NCBI GenBank assembly: GCA_963832745.1
Contig: CAWHVC010000001.1
Coordinates: 128,001 to 192,000 of the forward strand
Reading direction: 5' to 3'
DNA: 64,000 nucleotides
From: Candidatus Bathyarchaeota archaeon
GTDB taxonomy: Archaea; Thermoproteota; Bathyarchaeia; Bathyarchaeales; Bathycorpusculaceae
Made by a program: the position numbers and the translations under genes. The notes under the pieces were generated by a model. That model searched no databases and was not told the DNA's origin. It saw only the letters and a list, made by a program, of their open reading frames with translations. Below, in pieces: positions 11,277-18,959 of the stretch; the first letter of the stretch is position 1; each line of letters begins with the position of its first letter.

Positions 11277-12449
11277 CTAACAGTTGCCTAACTTGCATCT
11301 CGCTTTATAAATTTGGGCAACAGACCAATCCTTTTTGGATACCCTTGTCTGGAAATCTATACCTCTGGAAGCAAGCCATTCTCCAATAGTAATTAGCCCC
11401 TTTTTAGGGATTTTAATCATTTTGCTGCTCTGAGCCTCCAAATATTTTTGTCCGCTGTAAATAGCCATCTCTGAAACAGTTTCAAAGACTTTGGCTGCTC
11501 TACCATCGGCTAACTCTGTCACTTGTTGATTTAAATCAAACACTTTGTTCTTCAAATAGGCGGGATATTTTCTGCAGTAGGGGTCTAAGAGAAGATTCTC
11601 CATCGTTCTACGGATTGCCTTAGTTGTTTTGCTATCAAAAATTTCAATGTACCTTTCGATAGGTATCTCTGGGCAGTAATTCACTTTTAGTCCTTCAAGA
11701 ATATAATCGATCGGCATTTTCTCTGGTAAACCACCGATTTGCGATAGAATACCTTTGTTTACACTACATTCAGTTTGTAATACGGAATTTAGTTGATTTA
11801 CAGCTAGTGTGTTTCTAAAGAAACATGCATCGCCAATATGGGGTGTGGGGCTTGACATCAAATGCTTTCTAAAGCCCATAAGGTAGCTTGCTGTTAAGCA
11901 TGTATTGCAAGTAGGTTTAAAATTAAATCGAACTATATCCTCCTTTGCCAAACCGCTCATTTCATTCCAATTATTTTGATTTCTTAATTGATTTATGTAG
12001 GCATAAACCAGTAGTTCTCTTTGAGCGGGTGATATTGTAGGAACCCCCGAGTTTAGTAAGGGCTGGATTATTTCGGGGTCATAATTTCGATAAGTATCAT
12101 CAAAGAAATAAGGTATAACTCGTCCCTCTTGCGCTAACAATTTTAGTTCGTTTACAGTTAATCCATGAAAATTCTCAAAACTTTTACTGTTAATTTTCAC
12201 AACTGTTTTAGAATTGTCCTCATTCTTCTTAAAGTACTTAGAATACACTGGTAAGAAAACCATGTCGTATAATGGTATTAATGAAGTTACATGGGATGTA
12301 TTGCATGAACAAGGCGAAGGGGCTATAAAACAACTTGCAGGTTTAATCTTAAAACCGAGCGCTTTTTCTGTATCCAAGGAATTATCTTTTGAGAATTCCT
12401 TAAGCAATTTTTCATCATCTTTTGCCCATTCCTCAATTGAGTAACTCAC
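11277..12449 (-). CDS. Hypothetical protein (element cargo)
   Basis: 390-aa uninterrupted AT-rich ORF with a GTG start; no family recognised. Confidence 0.75.
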   Translation of the reverse strand: MSYSIEEWAKDDEKLLKEFSKDNSLDTEKALGFKIKPASCFIAPSPCSCNTSHVTSLIPLYDMVFLPVYSKYFKKNEDNSKTVVKINSKSFENFHGLTVNELKLLAQEGRVIPYFFDDTYRNYDPEIIQPLLNSGVPTISPAQRELLVYAYINQLRNQNNWNEMSGLAKEDIVRFNFKPTCNTCLTASYLMGFRKHLMSSPTPHIGDACFFRNTLAVNQLNSVLQTECSVNKGILSQIGGLPEKMPIDYILEGLKVNYCPEIPIERYIEIFDSKTTKAIRRTMENLLLDPYCRKYPAYLKNKVFDLNQQVTELADGRAAKVFETVSEMAIYSGQKYLEAQSSKMIKIPKKGLITIGEWLASRGIDFQTRVSKKDWSVAQIYKARCKLGNC

Positions 12450-12565
12450 TTGTAATCACTCGCTAAAAGAAGTAACAATCGCTTTTCCTTTAAAAACTTT
12501 AATTTGAACTGTGTGCTAATAAAAATTTAGCTTATAATTCGTTTTACTCTACGTTTCAATTCAGT

Positions 12566-12975
12566 GACCTCACTCGGACGGGGGGTGAGCCCCGTCCTAC
12601 CCGGGAGGTATGGAACCCCTTTGTAGCCCGCTGGCGCCACCTGTGGCGGAGGGCGCGTGGGGGTTCCATGTCAATATGAACGACTCGACCAGACTGAGAT
12701 TTGCACTAGAAGAAGTGTATTCGTGCGCCCCATCGAGGACGACCTTGCGTCGGCTCTCGATTGGCGCTTAACAGCTTTTCTAAAAGAATGTCGTCGTCGT
12801 TGTCACATTAACACTCACAATCCAGCGGTGGTCTTATTTTAAAATCAATCCGTCACCCCTCAACCAAAGCCAAACCAAAACCAAACTCTGCAGCCGTCTC
12901 CTTTGGCTTAAGCGTTGTCGTCGGGCGCCCGAAGAGTCGCCACCCAACATTTCCGTATGCTCCCTAATACGGAAG
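12566..12975 (+). ncRNA. Candidate structured ncRNA, or structured DNA origin
   Basis: GC-rich non-coding tract with 8-bp, 10-bp, interrupted 15-bp and 8-bp stems; TTATAA box at 12532-12537 about 30 nt upstream. Confidence 0.45.
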
Positions 12976-13178
12976 ATAGCAAAACAAGTATGCGAAAAGA
13001 CTTAAAACTCATTTTAGATTGCAAAAATTGGGTAGAAACCAAATAAGTTTAATAATTAAAATTAGACTATTAATTAAACATGCCAGAAAACGGTTGATAC
13101 AATAATAATATAGATTGTTCTAATAAAGAGTGCTCACCTAAATTACGCAAGGATGATGTAAAAGAGCGCTCTAAAAGA

Positions 13179-13397
13179 GTGCTTGAGGTGTTATCCTCAA
13201 AACCTTTGAGTTATAATGAGGTTGTTGAGCAATCGGGTATAAACCCCCGCTATGTATCGCGCTATCTTGACTATTTAGTAGACTCTAAGAAAGCTTATAG
13301 AATCCCTGAAGTTTCTAAGGGTGCAAGAGGTAGACCAAGAGTTTTTTATTCAGTCAGCTTAAACACAAACCAACCAAACTCTAAACCTTCTGCATAA
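13179..13397 (+). CDS. Small winged-helix DNA-binding protein
   Basis: LSYNEVVEQSGI.PRYVSRYLDYLV helix-turn-helix plus GRPRVFY wing. The true start may lie further upstream. Confidence 0.7.
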   Translation: MLEVLSSKPLSYNEVVEQSGINPRYVSRYLDYLVDSKKAYRIPEVSKGARGRPRVFYSVSLNTNQPNSKPSA

Positions 13398-13596
13398 TAT
13401 CAATTGAGAGGGTGCTAAACCCACAAAAGTCTAAACTTCCCTCAACGGTTGCAGTAGAAGTAGAGTTTAGCAAGCTAAAAAGCGCCTGCCGATATGAAAA
13501 AGGCGGAAATTGCAAACAAAAAAGGGAAAAATGCGCAATCTCCATATGCCCATTAGTATTGCATATCAGATTGGCGCGTAAATGGAAGTAAGTGCA

Positions 13597-14867
13597 CTAT
13601 TGAGAAGTGCCCTTTACCTTTGACTTAAAGCTGCTTGCTTTGAGCTTTTCAGCGTCTTTTTTGATTTTAGCCATAAACTCGGGGTTTTCAGTAAGTTGTT
13701 TGGCAACCTGTTCCATAATGCCCTCAGCCATCTGTTTGTAATTCTCCGAGTTTCCAATTTGCTTGATTATGTTAGTTAATGCGTCAAGTTGGTTCTTTGT
13801 CGCTTGCAGTTCTTGGTCTTTTTCATCAAGCTTTCGCTGAAAAATTGTTTGCGTATCAGTTAAGCCCTTGAGAGTATCCATGACTTTCTTTAAGTCTGCT
13901 CTAACCTGCAACCCATTAATTGAGACATGCTCAAACACTTTCCCATAAGCTTCCTTGATAGTAAACTCATCATAGTCATAGTGACCTCTTGCGCCCTTCC
14001 TGCCATGCCCAAACATCAAATCCTTAAGCTCCTGCGGAGAAATCCCTGCCCTAAGCAACGCTGAATTATAGAAGCTCCTGAGTGTCTTTGTCTTAAACTC
14101 CTTGGCTTTCTCTTGGCTAAACGTCTTTTGAGCTAAAGCCTTCATAGCCTCATTGATACTTCTGACTTCTAACTGCTCACCTTTACCCTTCGTTTGGCTA
14201 ACAAACAAAAAATCCGCTTTCAGGATTGCCTCTTTCTTGAAGCATAGCCTTTAGGTCATGCACAGCCTCATAACTAAAACAAGTCGCCTGTACCTCGTTA
14301 GTTTTCTCTCGGGGCTTCTCAATAAAATAATGCTCAGTCTCAGGATTTTCATACAATTCTTTGTTCTTCAATTCTAAAAAAGCTAACATCAACTTCAGAA
14401 AAACCACTTTGCCCCAAAACAAGCAATAACGCTCTATCCCTCAAGTTGCCATGTGAATACATCGCCTTAACATCATCTTTAGTTAGCTTCATTCTCTGGA
14501 TTACTTGCTGTTGCTGGGTACTCTCCCAATCGCCTCGTTTTAGGGCTAAGGGCAAACCGTTTCTCCCAAAAAATGATGCTACCGTTCTAAGGGCTGTTTT
14601 TACGCTTAAGGGTTTAAGGTTCCCCCGTTGCTCTAAATATTCCTTGTAGGCTCGGAATTTATCCTCAAAAAACTGCCTCTCAGCTATATCTTGGGTTGTT
14701 AGGTCATGCATGCGCTTTTTTATTTGCTCTGTTGGAGTCATTTCCACAAAGGCTTGTCAATCATGGAATTCGGTGGCATAGTTCTGTTTGGTTCTCTCGC
14801 TTAATCCAACTAACCATCGTTTAAAATACTCGTCTTGCTCGTAGGCTCTATCTAGCACTTTTCTCAT
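13597..14867 (-). pseudogene. Tyrosine recombinase/integrase 1, disrupted
   Basis: ATG at 14867, in-frame TGA at 14757-14759, two frameshifts (~14380, ~14205). Motifs RDRALLLVLGQSG, KTLRSFY and LMFGH...GHY, plus a coiled-coil tail. Confidence 0.8.
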
Positions 14868-14906
14868 ATAGTTCTAACACTCTTCTTGGTTTAAACCCTA
14901 AAAGCC

Positions 14907-15852
14907 TTGCGTTCAAAACGTCAAACCCCTACTCAAAGAGTAAGCGTTCAAACCGAAATTTCCATTTATGAAGTTTTAACAGAACTGGAAAACAACGGCA
15001 AAAGCAAAGACACCGTAAAATTCACACGCAAAGCCTTAACATTCTTAGCAAAACACACAGCACTAAAAGAACCCGAAGCAGTCAAAGCTCTCATAGCACA
15101 CTTAACCGATAAAAACGGTGAAGAAGTCAGCAATGGATACAAAAGAAATCTTTGTATCGCTTACAACAAATACTGTGAACATTTCAAAATAGACTGGAAC
15201 ATGCCACTCTACAAAGTAGAGGAACGAGAAATTGATTTTACCAACCAAAGAAAGAATCGACAAACTAATCGCCGCTGCAAGCAAAATCCTCTCATTGAAA
15301 TTATCAGTAAGTAAAGATACAGGCTTAAGACCATGCGAACTAATGAGATTAAAAGTTAAAAACTTCAATCCCGAGATAAAACAAGTTTTTCCAACAACCG
15401 CCAAACACGGTTGCGGAAGAGCCCCAAAACTAACAGACAACACAGCAACAAGACTGCATGAACACATTTTAAGAATTGGGTTGAAACAAGAAGATAAAAT
15501 CTTCAAAGGAGACGCAGACCACTACGGCGACGACTTTAGGGCAATGCGCAACAAATTAGCAATAAAACTAAATGACCCTAAAATCCATGAAATACGTCTC
15601 TATGACATCAGACACTATTACTGCACGCATACGCTGAAGAAAACCAATAACGCATACATCACAATGAAACTTATGGGGCACAAAAAACTTTCAACCACAC
15701 AAAAGTACCTACACCTAACCGAAGAAATAAACGGCGAATGGATAACAGAACAAACCAACGACAGAAAAAGAGCAGACGATTTGACGAAAGCAGAATACAT
15801 TTATTGTTTCACAACGCCAGACGGTTACATGCAGTTTAAAAAACTCAAATGA
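14907..15852 (+). CDS. Tyrosine recombinase/integrase 2, one frameshift
   Basis: Catalytic motifs DTGLRPCEL, TAKHG, YDIRHYY and LMGHKKLSTTQKY; single indel at GAAATTG near 15230. Confidence 0.88.
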
Positions 15853-15998
15853 AATCTTTTTTTGAGGATTACACGCCACCGCGAAGAGCGCCCTAAACGG
15901 TCGCCTTCCGCACCCAAATTTATTGAAAAAGCGGTTAATCTTCTTATAACGAAGAATGATTTTTTAACTTAATGCTCTAAAGTAACCTAAGAAGAACT

Positions 15999-17444
15999 AT
16001 GCCTTGCCCAACATGCGGCACCTTAGCTATACAATTTGGAGTACACACCATTTGTCCCAAATGTAACAAAGTGCCTCTTTTGAAGCGAGAAGACGCAATT
16101 CTCAGGCTCTTTCAAAATGAGACAACAATTGAATCACAAGTCTACCAAATAATGAGAGATAGGCTTGATAAAACTGACTTATTGTTGAAATTATTATGGG
16201 TTAGGGAGGCTTATTGTCGAAGTTTTTGGGAAAGATACCAATCATTTGACACTAACAAATTTCTTTCATCAAACTTACTTATCTACAGAATAATTGACGA
16301 CAAGTCATTTACTGGGAAATATAAAGGAACCAAAAAAGATGTTGAGGAATTAGTAAACGGTTTCAAAAAAATAATTGAAAGTAAAGAAAATTGTCTTCTT
16401 CTCTTGCATGGCTTAGGAGAACCTTTCGAATTAAATAAAATAAATATTCTATTTAATGAACGCTATTTTCCAATTTTAAAGGCATATGAAGATAATGACA
16501 TCTGGCAATCACATAAAGCAAACAAAAAAATCGATGAATATTCAAATTTACTTGATTCCGCAATAAAAAATAGTCATAAGGCTGAACATTATTCACCTAA
16601 ACAATTTATTGAAGAATTCTACCCAACTATCCATCAGTTTTACTGTTGTTTTCTGAGAAACGAAATCTACAAGGAAGTTTTTGGTTCACTTAGCAATTAT
16701 GAAACTGACCTTAACCCGCGGGCTCTTCTAATTTTTATTAATTCCTATCCGTTAATTGAAGGAGCGCTTTTTCATACGCCCCTTTCCGAGTTTATTAAAA
16801 GAGCGAAAAAATATTTTGGATTTACACAGAAAAGAATCAAGGACGTGCTATTATTTAACAGAGAAAACACTAAGCCTCTCCCAATATTCTTGGAAATTAA
16901 TGGGCAAGTCTACATTTCTCACAAAATGTCCCTCTTTTTCTACATTCTATTACATGTAGTAATTTACAAAGATTTGTTTGATCAGGAGACAGTAAAGCGA
17001 AGTAAAGAATTTGAGAAGCTTGAAGTTAGAGATGCTTTTCAAAAAATTGGATGGAATTATGTAGCAAACGTTAAAGACAAAAAGAAACGGACAATCGAGA
17101 TTGATGGCATAGCTTTCTCAAAAAATCGAATAGTAGTTATTGAATGTAAAGCATGGAAGCTTACGCCGTTCTATGAATATCAAACACATCAGAGCTATTT
17201 AACTAGGGATATCCAGGGCATAATTGATGGAATAAAATATACTAATAAAAAACCTAAAAAAATACCCAGTTTAATTGAAAAAATAGAATACGTAAAAACA
17301 AACACGCAAGTTTTGGGTATAGATAAAGCTAAATTTGACGTCATAGAAGGAATTGTAGTGTTAAGGCACTTTTCACCGATATCAGAATACAAAGGCATAC
17401 ACGTTTTAGGCATAAAAGAAATAGCAAAAAGATACGGTTCATGA
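15999..17444 (+). CDS. Zn-ribbon plus C-terminal PD-(D/E)XK (NERD-like) nuclease-fold protein
   Basis: CPTC...CPKC at the N-terminus; E...EIDGIAFSKNRIVVIECK motif near the C-terminus. Confidence 0.7.
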   Translation: MPCPTCGTLAIQFGVHTICPKCNKVPLLKREDAILRLFQNETTIESQVYQIMRDRLDKTDLLLKLLWVREAYCRSFWERYQSFDTNKFLSSNLLIYRIIDDKSFTGKYKGTKKDVEELVNGFKKIIESKENCLLLLHGLGEPFELNKINILFNERYFPILKAYEDNDIWQSHKANKKIDEYSNLLDSAIKNSHKAEHYSPKQFIEEFYPTIHQFYCCFLRNEIYKEVFGSLSNYETDLNPRALLIFINSYPLIEGALFHTPLSEFIKRAKKYFGFTQKRIKDVLLFNRENTKPLPIFLEINGQVYISHKMSLFFYILLHVVIYKDLFDQETVKRSKEFEKLEVRDAFQKIGWNYVANVKDKKKRTIEIDGIAFSKNRIVVIECKAWKLTPFYEYQTHQSYLTRDIQGIIDGIKYTNKKPKKIPSLIEKIEYVKTNTQVLGIDKAKFDVIEGIVVLRHFSPISEYKGIHVLGIKEIAKRYGS

Positions 17445-17790
17445 GACGATTCGTAATGTTTACCGTCCTCTTATATCGCTTCGCTCCCGCTTGCGCGTTC
17501 GCTTCGCTTCCCGTATAGGTGCAAACAAAAAATGTATCTTCATTCATGTATGCCACTATGTTCAAACTCACATTCCGATAAATTAGATGTTTGCTATAGT
17601 CAAGCCGACAAACCTTATATCTAGTAATCAACCAATAGCTGATTGAGGAAACAACAAAACAATTACCTCAAAAAGTTAGTTTAGGAGATGGATGATATTA
17701 AGAATATTAGTGTGCCCAATAAGGCGGGTTACATCCAAAACACCATGCCCAATTTAACGGTGAATTGATTGGGGGTTTAAGCCTAAAAAG

Positions 17791-17979
17791 TCAATGCATG
17801 ATGTTATTGTTTGTTTGGTTTTTGGTGGTGTTTTCTTTGTATTTGTCGAGTGCCCAGCGTCGTAGTAGCATTGTGGGGCTTCTTATGCCTTCTAGTTTTA
17901 GTTGTTCTTTGTTTGTTTCGTAGTAGTCTTGTATGAGTTTCCATTCTTCGGCTGGGATGCTGATTTTGTGTTGAGGCAT
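17791..17979 (-). CDS. Small hypothetical protein, possibly ribbon-helix-helix-like
   Basis: 62 aa, ISIP strand followed by helices; divergent from 18124. Confidence 0.5.
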   Translation of the reverse strand: MPQHKISIPAEEWKLIQDYYETNKEQLKLEGIRSPTMLLRRWALDKYKENTTKNQTNNNIMH

Positions 17980-18123
17980 TTCTGTTCGCCCTTTTTGGAT
18001 TCAATCTGTTTGGGAGTTGTTATTTAATTGTTATTTAACTATTACGTTAATTTCGATAAAGCTTATAAGTGGAATTGCAAAATTGGTAGTTAACTAACTA
18101 TGTAATTAGGTGCAGATGAGTAG

Positions 18124-18420
18124 GTGACAAAAATGAACGAAAATATTCCCGAATCCGAAGTCCTCCTCAACCGCTGTGAACTCGAAAAAATGCTCCAGAA
18201 AGCACGCTTAGAAGGCGCCATAGGTTACATAACGTATCTCTGCCAAGCTTTAGATGAAAAGAAAATCAAAACCTTAAACGAATTAAGCCAAACAGTCAGG
18301 GACGATTGGGGTTGTGCATGTAGTGCGGTTGGGGCGTTGATGATGGAGAACCTGCTTTTCGACGGCTACGCAAACGGTTTAATGGCAAACATCAAACCAG
18401 AAAAAACACAGACGCCGTAG
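18124..18420 (+). CDS. Small hypothetical protein
   Basis: 98-aa ORF with AAAGCTTATAA promoter-like box near 18058; GGTGA SD suggests the start is ATG at 18133. Confidence 0.6.
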   Translation: MTKMNENIPESEVLLNRCELEKMLQKARLEGAIGYITYLCQALDEKKIKTLNELSQTVRDDWGCACSAVGALMMENLLFDGYANGLMANIKPEKTQTP

Positions 18421-18452
18421 AAAAGCTGTTTTTGAGGTTTAAAAATTTGTGT

Positions 18453-18530
18453 TGGTGGACCGTACCGGATTCGAACCGGTGATCTTCGCCGTGTGAAGGC
18501 GACGTCCTAGCCAGACTAGACTAACGGTCC
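18453..18530 (-). tRNA. tRNA-Val(CAC)
   Basis: Reverse complement folds as a cloverleaf: GGACCGT/ACGGTCC acceptor, TCGCC-TTCACAC-GGCGA anticodon arm, GGTTCGAATCC T-arm, encoded CCA. Confidence 0.97.
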
Positions 18531-18959
18531 AATGCTTTTGGGGATTGAAAATATGTACTTTCCCTTCATAAAGGCTTTCCCTGTCTTGTTGTATAAGTGG
18601 TGCTGTTAAAGGTGAAAAATGTTGGGCATTTATGAGGAAACTGAGTTTCATGAGCATAAGCACGATGGTCTGTTGATTTTTGTGTGTTTTTTGGGTAGTT
18701 CTTTGGTTGGCTATTTTGTGATGAATCATCTTGCGTTGCTTGGAATCTAACTTTACTTTTTTTAACCTGTTGCATGTTGTAAAGCTAATTATTTGTTGTA
18801 AGTTTTGACTTAACTAACTACTAACACTTTTCTTTTAATAGATATTATAAACTAAACGTATCAAATAGCCTCTTTATTGAGGAAGAAAACATCACATGCA
18901 CAGTTAACAAGCAAACTATGCATTGACAAACACCTTCCCCAATAAGGAGCGATAAAAAA

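Larger units (their letters stand above)
10847..17759. mobile_element. Putative integrated element with two tyrosine recombinases, bounded by a 37-bp direct repeat
   Basis: Direct repeat 10847-10883 / 17723-17759 (32/37 identical). Contains two integrases, an HTH gene and AT-rich orphan cargo; ends ~0.7 kb from the 3' end of tRNA-Val. Confidence 0.6.

Noticed and set aside
12576-12730. Group II intron (GTGCGCCC at 12723; DVI-like hairpin at 12576)
   Set aside because: No domain V, no RT ORF, and the two motifs are in the wrong order.
13080-14759. TGA recoding in the element (in-frame TGA at 13095 and 14757)
   Set aside because: Integrase 2 and the nuclease gene in the same element end at TGA at plausible C-termini, so TGA is a stop.
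8400-18452. att duplicate of the tRNA-Val 3' end
   Set aside because: No copy of TGGTGGACCGTACCGG was found by eye, so integration at tRNA-Val is not claimed.
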